Translations under genes and position numbers: made by a program
The notes under the pieces: generated by a model
Told to the model about the DNA's origin: nothing
Seen by the model: the letters and a program-made list of their open reading frames with translations, nothing else
The model's database searches: none
Assembly (NCBI GenBank): GCA_965202585.1
Contig: OZ241829.1
Location: 8,680,001-8,744,000 of the forward strand
DNA length: 64,000 nucleotides
Direction of reading: 5' to 3'
From: Thalia democratica
Lineage: Eukaryota
In this document: in pieces, positions 40,598 to 51,765 of the stretch
Layout: every line of letters begins with the position of its first letter
How positions within the stretch are numbered: the stretch's first letter is position 1

Positions 40598-41128
40598 CAT
40601 ATGGAGAGCTGAATACTTGATGTTTTAGTATATTATTTTAATTCAATTCCAAAGTACATTTTAACAAATTTACTGACTAATAATTAAAAAAAAAATTTAT
40701 TAATGTATGTTTTAAAAGTAAACCATACAATCTGTTTTTTTTTAAATTTGATTCAAAATATATAACAAAGCATTTTATTTCTACCAATTCCTAGTACTTA
40801 TAGTCCTAAATAATATTAAAAAAGCTAAATAAAATAAAACAAAACAAAATTATTTTAGTAACAAAATTTAGTGCATATGAAAAGCTGAGTACTAGATGTT
40901 TTAGTATACCATTTTAATTCAATTCCAAAGTACGTTTAAACAAATTTACTGACTAATAATTTTGAAAAACTTTATTAAAGTATGTTTTAAAAGTACACAA
41001 TACAGTCTATTTGTTTTTGAAACTTGTGTGAAAATATATAACAAGGTATTTTATTTCTACCAATTCCTAGTACTTATAGTCCTAAATAATATTAAAAAAA
41101 AACTAAATAAACAAAACAAAGTTATTTT
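40598..41128. repeat. Local tandem duplication, two copies, period about 276 bp
   Basis: 40598-~40858 versus 40874-~41128 share long identical runs such as ttttatttctaccaattcctagtacttatagtcctaaataatattaaaaaa. Confidence 0.9.
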
Positions 41129-44100
41129 AAATATTGAGCTAGCTTCTACCATAAAAACATTCAAAAAAGAACAATTATAGACAATACTGTCATGTGTACA
41201 TAATACTTTTACAATAAGCAAATAGTCGAATAAAGCGTTATAGAAAAATGAGCTTTATCAAATTAAGTCGAAATTATAGTCCTTAAATTGATAGTTTTTT
41301 AGTGTAATATATTAAAAATTTTTTAACTTTAAGGGAACATCTATAGAGATAACAAGTATAGTTGTATATAATTATTCTGAATTTCACTACACTTCAAAAA
41401 CTGTAGCCTTGCTTATTGTAAAATAAATACTGAGTACAATGCTTGAAGAATTAAAGTACACACCATAGGTTTAAAAAGACATTAAGTTAGAAGACTCAAA
41501 AACTGTAATAATGTTATTTTAATGACTTAATAGTTTCTAGCGTACTAATATAAGTTATAAACAAGATTATATATAAAAAAATAGTTAAACCTTTATTTAG
41601 TAAAAATATTTTAAATTTACAATTTATGATTTCTGAAAAAACTGTGAGTAAATGTAAGCACATGACTTTTTTTTGGTAATTTATTGTTGACATGCAAATA
41701 AATTTAAATAAAAATGATACATATTAGTATCATTAAAAATATTTTAAAATTTAAACACTTTGTTGTTACAGTCATTTAATACTGCAGATATTAACTAACT
41801 TTTTAAATTCTAAGTTGTACATTCAAAACAATCATGGGATAATTCGATCAGCAAAATAATTATATCTCAAAAAAAATTAGTACAAAGCCGTTCAATTTTC
41901 AGTACAAACCTACAAAAAACAAATCCTACAAAGTTTAACTAAGTTGGCTCAAAGTGTCATCGTAATTATCGGTAACTGAAGATTACAAAAAAACTGCTGA
42001 AAAGCTGTAATTTTGTTTCTGACGTCACTCTGGTCGTTGCTTTGTGACGTCGTTTAATAAGATATCCGATTTCACGGGTTAGCGCCAAATTTACCAGCAG
42101 TGAATATTGTGCGTAATTTTTTACCTTGTATATTTCTAATTGAGAACTTTGTGACAAGGTCGTTTGCATGAAGTCATAATGAATTGATGAGGAGAAATGT
42201 AAAAAATTGATTAAGAAGGCGAACTTGTTTAAAAGCTTACTCACCGAGCGGTACTGAATATTTAATGGTAATTTGCAAATAATTTGTTTATTTTTTAAGC
42301 TCGTTTTATCTTGTTTTTAATCGACATAATGGTTGTGTCATTTTTAACAATAAATTTACTACTTGCTTCGTGTTTTTTTTTAACAATTTGTAACGAGTGA
42401 GTTAGTTTGAAAATATTATGTCCTTTAAAAACCTTATTTCTTGTAGTAATATGAAAAAATATGTAATTTTGTTTTTTAGATTATGCCGTATAATAAATGT
42501 GTTTTATTTTAAGAAAAATTTAACTTTAAATTAATTTAGGGAAAAACTAAAAAAAAAACTGTTTGCCTAAACAGTTGTATATATAACAATTAATTTTGAC
42601 CTGTCTACAATTTAATAAAAATTGAGACCTTTAATAAATAAGATGGTATATAATTACCTGATTGTCTAATAGAACTTGTATAAAAAAATTTTTTTTTTAG
42701 ATCTACTTAAACAAAAACATAAATAAAACTTTACATATATTCGTATGACATTTAACAGAGAGTCTAGTAAGTCTACCAAAAACAATTAAATAATAAACTA
42801 TGGTTATTTTTTGAATTTAAACAAGTTTTAAAAAAATTTTATCAATCAGAACACTACTATCAGTTTTAAAAAACTTTGATACTTAAATGTTGATTTATAT
42901 ATTTTAAATAGTTTTATACTACTTTTTTAAAGTATCAAATCCTACTATATAGACAAGTAGCTTCTTAAAAAATAACCTTTGATATTCTCTTAAACATAAG
43001 ATAAAGGAAGAATTTTTAGTTTACTATATTTAAATTTAAAACAAAAAGTATTTTAAGGAGTTGAGTAAAGGTACTAAAGTTGTAAGTTATTAATTGTATT
43101 TTAGTTTAAAATTGAGCAAAAAAAATTCAGTCTGGAAACAAAACTTAAAATGTTGTACAAGCTGAAAAATTATTCATATTTTACTAAAAATACTTTTCAA
43201 AAGTTTTAAACAAATATTTAGTTAAAATTCGCTGTTTATATAAGTTTCACTTTAAATCGATATATACTGTTTTTTATTTACTATTTATTAAAAAAAATAT
43301 TAGTTGTCTTTTGTTGTCTACTCCAACATTTAAGAAACTTCTTTTAACTTGAATTTTATTTCTCTACTGTCAATCAATGGTAAAAATTAGTAGCATACAA
43401 TGTTTATCTAAACGACGGTTGTGCTTAAAAAAATATTAATAAATTTTATTATGAATCTAATGATTTCTAATATATTTTATTTAAAGCTAAACAATAATAG
43501 TTCATATTTATACTAACGAAAGATATGAAAAAATATCTTAAAAATGTGATGTTTGAGAATATTCTAAAATTCTAATTTTTACAGCTCACTATTTTGTTCT
43601 TTAATTCTAAATAAATTAAAAAAAACTAAAAAGTTTTTACACATATTTTAGAATTTAGTGTTACATTCCTAAACTACTTAAAAAACTGTATGCTTCTCGT
43701 TAATGTAGTGCTAGCAAAAGAAACTGCTAAGCTGATTAAGTATGTGTTTAGTGTACTTAAAAAACTCTTAAATATTGTTTTATTTAAAAAATAAGTTAGA
43801 CTGGACGCTACCACGGAAACGAAGTTTCCACAATATGACGTCACATTTTAGTTACGTCATCACAGTTCAGATGTAATACTTATTGTAATATGGACTTGTC
43901 CAGTTAGATATTTTCCGAAGCAAGCCTTTCTAATCTGGTCGAGCAAATAAATGTTGCTGATAAACTTTTGAATGTCGTCCCCTTGTTTATAATTTGAAAG
44001 TTTAACTTTATTTCTTAAGTAATAAAAGCTAATAAGAAAATTTTTATGCAATACATTGAACTTGGTATTGATTGAAATGTTTAAAAATACTAGTAGATAA

Positions 44101-44553
44101 AATAGTAAAAAAGTTTAAGTAACTTTTTATAATATTATTTTTCAGTATTATAAATTAATAGTTTAAAAATTAACACTAACTTACTTGTAAAATAAAAAAC
44201 TTAAAGGCTCACTAGGTCACGGATAAGTAGATACAATCTATAACAAGTACTTTATACGTTAAAAGTAGATTAAGCTTATAAAATGTAAACTCATCATAAT
44301 ATATAAGTATAAAAGTATTTACACAAGGATCTTGGTAGAAGTCATATAACAAAAAGTAACTTGTTTAAATTCACACTGTTTATTTCTTTTTTTTACAATG
44401 ATAACCGTTTTTTTTAGTGCTATAAAACAAAATTTATACAGTAACACAATTTAAAAGAGTATTTTTAGTCTTTAAAACTGTTTTAAAATTGTTTTAAAAT
44501 CAATTAAGAAGTTTACTTAAAAAAAAATAAGCATTAACAAAAATCCGTTTTAG

Positions 44554-46933
44554 AATACTAGCAGTGCTCGCAACTTCGACCCGAGAGTCATTTTGGAGTG
44601 CTGCGATAGAATACAAAAAGAATTTAAAGCCTGGGAAAGTCAAAACCAATAGTTAGTGTGTTTGTTAAAAATACTTGAAGTATCCAAATATTTAATTAGT
44701 AAACTACAATTTATATGTCAGTTAATTACATCACATACTTAGAAGATTATAAAAAATACAAAACTCATTCGTTTTTGAAATTTTTGTATAAATTTACTTT
44801 TTATTTTCATACAAAAAATGGTTATTAGTTTTTTTTTAAATACTTAAAAAAGACTTATTTAATTTCATTATAAACTGTACACTTTATCAGAATTTTTATT
44901 TCCAGTTTCAGAACTGAGCACGAGAAAGCCTCAATGGAAAGAAACGAAGCCCAAAAGCTTTGTAACATGGTAATTTATATATTTTTATATATTACCATAT
45001 CTGTGTTTTTGAATACATGCAGTTTTATCATAAGTACTATAGTTAAATACTGATTGTAACATAATTCAACCTTATTTGATATTTCCGGTATAAAATTATT
45101 ATTAGTTTTGTTCTAAACTATTTCTAAATAGTGTTGTTTACTCTTAGGCTCACCAACAAGCTAGTAGTCTTTGCGACGAGGTTACAAAAAAAGTAAGTTT
45201 TTTTTTGTCTTAGGAAAATTATTAAACTTTTAGATTTAGATTGAAAGTAAGTTTTTATAAGGCAAGTTTTCAACTATTTTATGGTTTATTAAGTCACTTT
45301 AGTTAAATATTCTTTTTGTAAGTACTGTATTTATTTTGAAAGTTTTTTAAAATAATAATTCCAAAGGCTGAATTAGCAAACGTATGTAGTTGAACTTGAA
45401 AAAATTTTCCTTGGATTTTAAGAGTCAATAACATTTTAATTTTCTGATTTTATCTTAAACATTTAATTATAATTTTTTTTAGTCTAAACAACCCCAAAGT
45501 TTAAAAAAAATATTTTATTTAAAAAAAATGCTATAATGTTTGTTTATTATGTATATTTTTTAACAGGGTCAAACATTAGAGTCATTATATGCACTAATAC
45601 AATCAATTTCACCTCATCTACCAGACGATGTTAGTTATATGCAATGATTGAAAACATAAAAAAAAATAAATTGATTTTATAAGATATATCCTACGTATAT
45701 AAAAAATATTCTTTAGTTCTTGTTATAAGTGTAAAAAGTACTGTTTTATAGCATTTTTTAAATATAATTTAATTTTAGCTATTTTTTACAAGATATTGGA
45801 TAATTTCTGTAATGTTTAGGATTTTAACTATAATTTTTTTGTAAATTTATTAGGTTTAAATGATTTAAATGAATTTAGTTGTTTAACTTCCAATAATACT
45901 GTAATTAAATTATTTTAATTATGATAATGCAAAAAAAAAACACATAATAAAAAATAAATCAGTAGTGTTAATTAAAAATAAATAAGTTTGATTAACGAAT
46001 AAATAGTTTAAAATATATCAAAAATTACTGTTTTATACGTTTCTAGTATGTGTACGGCTCATCAAGTTTAGACAATTCAGATTCTTTAGAAATGCTTTAA
46101 GTACCACAGCTCATAAAGTTTCGAATATTTAAAAGAAAATATGTACACAGAATTACTAAAATACCTTTAATCCCTTATTTTTGCAAATTTTATAAGATAT
46201 GGCTGAATTAAGTTTTACATTTTAGTAATTTTCTGTTGTTTTCAAAGTTCTTTTCAAGTTAATACAATTTTTGTACGATCATAATTTTAAAAGTTAGATC
46301 TAAAAACATATTTTTATTATCATCAAATACATATTACCTTTTAAACATTAACTTAAGAATTTGAGTTGTCGATTTCAAATTATCTTGTAACCATGTGTTA
46401 TTTATTTAACTTTCAAGACTTAATCTTAACCAAAATTAATTCAAAAGTTTTAATAATCAATAAGTAAAATCTTAGACTATATATTATCGCTTTAATACAA
46501 AAGTTATTAGAAATGCAGCTTTATACAAGTATCATAATTAAATAAAGTAAAAAATCAAGTCGAATAATTAAATAAATAAGCTTGTTTTTCAGTTGACGTG
46601 AACATTTTTTAACAGAACTAAAAACATGTAACTAGTTTTTTTATTTTCACAAACACTAACTATCAATTCTTATTTTAGGAGTAAAAATGTATTTTCTAAC
46701 TAAAGTATTTGGAATAAAGCAGACTCAGTTTACTTCTTAAAATTTTAAAGATATTTTAAAGTTTATTTAAAAAAAATAAAAATAAATAAAATAACAAACG
46801 TATGTCGTGGAAGTTGTAGAAAGTTTTTGTTTTAGTTTTACGTAATTTTTTGATTTTTACAAAATTACCAATAATAACTCAACAGCAAAAGCAGAGAGCA
46901 AGCGATGCATTGGAACAAGCTAGACAGTTTGTT
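44554..46933 (+). CDS. Five micro-exons encoding the diverged Groucho/TLE N-terminal Q domain
   Basis: Exons of 98 (phase 0-2), 64 (2-0), 45 (0-0), 63 (0-0) and 48 nt (0-0), each with a pyrimidine-rich AG acceptor and a GTTAGT/GTAATT/GTAAGT donor. The 64/45/63-nt series matches vertebrate TLE exons 3-5 as recalled. Confidence 0.82.
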
Positions 46934-49900
46934 GTTAGTCATTCACTTTGTTGATTAAATTACAAAAAATTAACAATTGAAATAGTTTTAATAAAATTAA
47001 AATTAAATAAATCTTAATGAATGAAATTGCAAATTGTTTAGATATTTTTAAGAATTTTAAGTTAATAAAAGTTTGTTAAACAGTTTGTTTACTTTATAAA
47101 AAAGATTATTTCCTGACACTTTTAGGGTCAACTAACCGGTTTTAACCCCCAATATCAAGGAGTTCCAACACCAGCGGCAGTTTTTACAGTCCAGCAACAG
47201 TACTTCCATTCACTCATGGCACATAACTTTCAAATGAACTTGGCAAATAACCCACAAGTTAGCTTGGCACAAAACCAACAAATGAACATGGGTCAAAACT
47301 CACAAATGAACATGTCACAAAACCCACAAATGAACATGGGTCAAAACCCACAAATGAACATGTCACAAAACCCACAAATGAACATGGGTCAAAACCCACA
47401 AATGAACATGGCACAAAACCCACAAATGAACATGGGTCAAAACCCACAAGTTAGCTTGGCACAAAACCCACAAATGAACATGGGTCAAAACCCACAAACT
47501 AACATGGCACAAAACCCACAAATGAACATGGGTCAAAAACAACAAACTAACATGGGTCAAAACCCACAAATGAACATGGCACAAAACCCACAAATGAACA
47601 TGGGTCAAAACCCACAAGTTAGCTTGGCACAAAACCCACAAATGAACATGGGTCAAAACCCACAAACTAACATGGCACAAAACCCACAAATGAACATGGG
47701 TCAAAAACAACAAACTAACATGGGTCAAAACCCACAAATGAACATGGCACAAAACACACAAATAAATCGGGCACAAAATGCGTATACACAAAACGTGAAC
47801 CATGATCATCACTTTACACTAAATCACCCATATGTAGACCAGCAATTCGCAAGTCAACCAGGTCAGTTGTCTTCTGTAGTAAATAGACAATTAATTTGTA
47901 TTTACTTTTTTACTTTGTACTATATTGAAGATTTAAGTATTGTTTGTTACTTAGGTCTAAAAACTTGTTTTATTATCAACTTAAACCAGATTTAAAGATC
48001 TCATTTTACAATATGATGTTTTTATTCAAAATCTTTTCAACCGTTATTTTTTATTTAGTCACATATAAACGAAATCATTAAAAGATCTTAAGTCATATTT
48101 ATTCTACTTTATTTAGTAGATTTATTTCATGTAAGATTCATTTCATGTAAGTAACATTAAACGTTTATGAAGAAATTTAAAAAAAATAATTTGCAATTTG
48201 TTTTGGTTTGTACGGTTTTTGAAAACTTTTTATAGTTTTTTTGCAAAGCTTCAAACTTGAACAAAAATCATGGTATTAGTTTTTATATCTAGAAAGTTGC
48301 TTTAATTAAAAATATATATGTTATTTACCTTTTAATTTAAGTAGCTGTATTGTTCTAATAATTGAAAAAACAGGTCCAAGTAGATCATTGGCTGAAACTG
48401 TGAGAAAACCTGAAAACAAGCGGGTTAGTAAACAAACTTGTAACTTTGTTTATTTTGTTATTAATTCTAATAGTTAAAAATAAAAACTTAACTTTTAATT
48501 CAATCACAAACTTTATTTCAAACGAAACTGTGTAGAACTTGCACAAAATTAAGATTTTTTTTACCTAGTTACATAAAAGTAGTTTTTATTAAAAAATTAT
48601 TTACTTAAACGTATTATTAACAGCAGTTTGAAGTTTTATAAAAAATTATTACTTAACTACAAAAGATATGATTTTCACAGAAAAGAGCAAACGAAGTAAA
48701 TACCAAAGAAGCCGGACCACAGCAAGCAACAAATAGCAAAAGTTATAGCAGTGCGCGTTTAAGCAGAAACATCAATACTGCACATTCAAGCAATGGCAGA
48801 CAAAATGTATATCCTAATAGTTATGATAACTCTGTACGTTCTAGTTACAATCAGAATGCTGAAAACTTCAGTAACGACAACCTAACTGCACTCACTAGTA
48901 CTGATTGGTATCCGACATACAGTAATGTACACAGTGTAACTGGAAATGAAGTAAACCATACCATGCATGATGTGGAAAATTCAATGAAAAGAAAAATCGA
49001 TGAAAGACAAGTTTGTAATTTGTCATAGTGGTTTATAAGAAAAAAAAACTTGTTGACATAAAAAAAATATATAAACAGTCTTTAATAATTCTATAACAAA
49101 ATGTAAACATAAAGTCACAATATTATATATATATATTTTTCAATTACATTGTGCGATATTCAAAACAAACTTTTAAGTTTAATAAATCAATTATCTTCGA
49201 CTACAAGTTCTAATTTATTTACTGTCAACAAATAAATTTCAAATCTACAAAGTTCGAATGATTGTAAAATAAGTATTTGGATTATACATATATACTGTTT
49301 CATTGATTTTTTTATATTATACCTGTTTGACAGTTTAAGGCTACAAAACAACAGTATGGTATTGAAGACTGTAGTGAAAATAAAAATGTTGTAAAGAATT
49401 ACACTTCTGATTCTGTCTCTAACAGCGGAAAGTCAAACAAGTATATATTTTATTTCTTTAAACTGCTTAAGTAGAACTAAAAAAATTAAGCCTTGTTTTG
49501 AATAAAGTTTTTGCAAGTTTTGCTTTTACTTAAAATTTTAATAATAATCCTTTAGCACTAAGTAGTTTTAAAATTAATTAATATTACTAATCAGACGTTT
49601 TAAATGTTATTATTTACTTAATCAACTTACAAATCTGTTAAAATAAAGTAAATAATATAAGGATATTATTTAATTGTGTATTTTAATATTTCATTTTTTA
49701 ACTTATTTTTGGTCAAATAAACAACAAAAAACGAACAGTAAAAACAGCAGTGTTCAAAGACAAAACGAAAAGCCAAAACAAACCGTTGGTCGAAAAGATG
49801 AGATTTCTTCAAAAATAGGTTAGCATTTTATTATAGTTTATCTAAACATTAGAAACATTTTAATGTACTTACTAATTTAAAAAAGTCCTACATAATAAAA

Positions 49901-50355
49901 TTACATTTATAGAGGATAAAATTATTTTGTTTAATTCTATAAAGTGTAATAAGAGTTTTTAAAGCGACACTATAAAAAAGAAATAAGTTAATTCTTGTTG
50001 TTACACTGGTTTTAGCAAACAAGACTGTTAAATGGTTTATGATATACATCTCTTTTTATTAACAGGTTTAAGAAACCTTATTTTGAAGAAACAAAGACTC
50101 AACAAAAGTCAGCAAGAGAATCAGGAAGGAAAATTCAGCGCTATGACGTCACTAGTAACAAAACCACCTATTGAGTCAAAACTGCCGCATCCTCCTGTTT
50201 TGACGTCACATACCCACAAGCTACAAGAAATGACTGCAGAAATCGACCAACCAATGGTTATGACGTCACAACAGAGGAGCAACGATGACGCACGTCCTGA
50301 TTCAATGCAGCCGGAGCAGTACGTTGACAATGATTCAGATCGAGAAGAACATTAA
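44554..50355 (+). CDS. Groucho/TLE Q-domain protein lacking WD40 (AES/TLE5-like architecture) with Q/N/M octapeptide repeats; first coding exon not located ('gene A')
   Basis: Eleven GT-AG exons splice into one 1911-nt open frame: 44554-44651, 44906-44969, 45148-45192, 45567-45629, 46886-46933, 47126-47861, 48374-48423, 48681-49010, 49334-49440, 49739-49818, 50066-50355 (TAA). N-terminus: ...VILECCDRIQKEFKAWESQNQY|FRTEHEKASMERNEAQKLCNM|AHQQASSLCDEVTKK|GQTLESLYALIQSISPHLPDD|QKQRASDALEQARQFV. This aligns without gaps to the Groucho/TLE Q domain as I recall it (...ERIKEEFNFLQAQYHS|IKLECEKLSNEKTEMQRHYVM|YYEMSYGLNVEMHKQ|TEIAKRLNTLINQLLPFLQAD|HQQQVLQAVERAKQV). Confidence 0.85.
47243..47770 (+). repeat. 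Coding 24-bp minisatellite, about 22 copies, [A/G/S]QNPQMNM, with a 168-bp higher-order repeat
   Basis: Unit approx. GGT CAA AAC CCA CAA ATG AAC ATG. Seven-unit blocks 47387-47554 and 47555-47722 encode identical peptides. Lies inside the 736-nt exon of gene A (ORF 47216). Confidence 0.97.
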
Positions 50356-51765
50356 GATAACAATAACTAAATTACCGTGAGTAAATTCAGAAATTTTTAA
50401 ATTAACTTGTTTAGTTTAACATCTGATTATTAAACTAAAAAAATAAAGTTTAGAAATAATAGTTTTAGTAAAGTTTGTTGTGTCCTTTTGAAAATAAGTT
50501 AAATTTTTAGTTTTCTAAATTTGTTTTTCTTATAAAGTCTGTTGTAGATAGAGTTTTATTAAACATTTCTAGGGGCAACAAATGGATGGATGTCTAGTAT
50601 CTATCCTTTATCACCAACAAACTTTTTAGATTATGAGAGAATCCTGAACAACATTCACAGCCCAAAAGCGTCTTATGATTCTCTTTACTATTTTTTGATC
50701 CATTTTTTGATTACTATTACTTCTTTTTGTTTATAATTTATAAGTAAACACAAACGGAACTTTAAATTAAAGAAGAAACTACTAGTTTTTTTTTCTATTT
50801 GTAAACACATAGTAGGGCATTTAAAAAATAAATTAGTTTATCAATGATGATTAAAGGGTCTTTTTAAACTTTAGGTTCGAGTCTTTAAATATATTTTTGA
50901 ATTTAAATTTTTTTTAATCGTTGTTAATAAACTATAGTTTAGTGGGTATAAATAGTTTCTTATTGTGTTGTGATTTTTAAATACAAAACAAAATTATAAC
51001 AAGTACAAAATCCTTAAAAGCTCAATTGTGTTTAGTTTGTTAAAAGAATAATATATTTTATCATTATCAAGAATTTGGTTGATTGCTCGACTATACAAGT
51101 TCGGAAAGTTTAACTTTTTTTATAACTTTTAATGGTTCACAACTTAAAAAGTAATTTATAATTTTATTTTAAATAAGAAACGCGTATTAAGGTCAAATTT
51201 TTAACTAGTTCTAAATAGGCGTTTTTACTTTTTTCAAAAGAATAATGTTTTTTGAGTTGTGGCCTTTGAAACATTTTTTATTTGAATTGTCGAAACCTGA
51301 ACAGTCTGAATTTAAACTAATATGTAACTAATTTGGCTTTACTTATTTGCGCCAGTTTTTTTTTTGTGTTTAATTCGGTTGTATGTAAAAATTTAATTCA
51401 TCAAAAATTTCAACACAAGTTTTACATCAAATATTATTTATCAAAAAATAAGTATAGAAAATAGTTTTTATAAGTTTTAATTTTAATTGGAGAATAGAAT
51501 ATCGAACCTAAAACATTATGATTCTTAAAAATATTTTTATTCAACTAAACCAATTATCAATATAAGCTAAGAAGAGAGTTTAGGCAATCTAAGTAATTTA
51601 TAATACAAATACTGTACGAACGAAAAAAAGGAAAATACGAAATATACTTTTACAAGAAGCTTAACTATAATTAAAAAAAAAAAGATTTAACTAAAGTCTT
51701 TTGTTTGTTCTCAATTTCTTATTCGGTTTCTTTTCTTGCTACTCACTTTCATGTAGCCTCTAGTA

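Noticed and set aside
42188-42273. Candidate first coding exons for gene A (ATG AGG AGA AAT|GTAAAA at 42188; ATG|GTAATT at 42265)
   Set aside because: Both are phase-compatible but cannot be distinguished from chance without cDNA, so they are not annotated.
47243-47770. Regular short repeats superficially like a CRISPR array
   Set aside because: No unique spacers, in-frame coding periodicity, eukaryotic context, no cas genes.
47259-47812. Minus-strand ORFs 47259-47447 and 47363-47812 (hydrophobic, His/Trp/Val repeats)
   Set aside because: Antisense shadows of the 24-bp coding repeat; the plus frame has splice sites and joins the rest of gene A.
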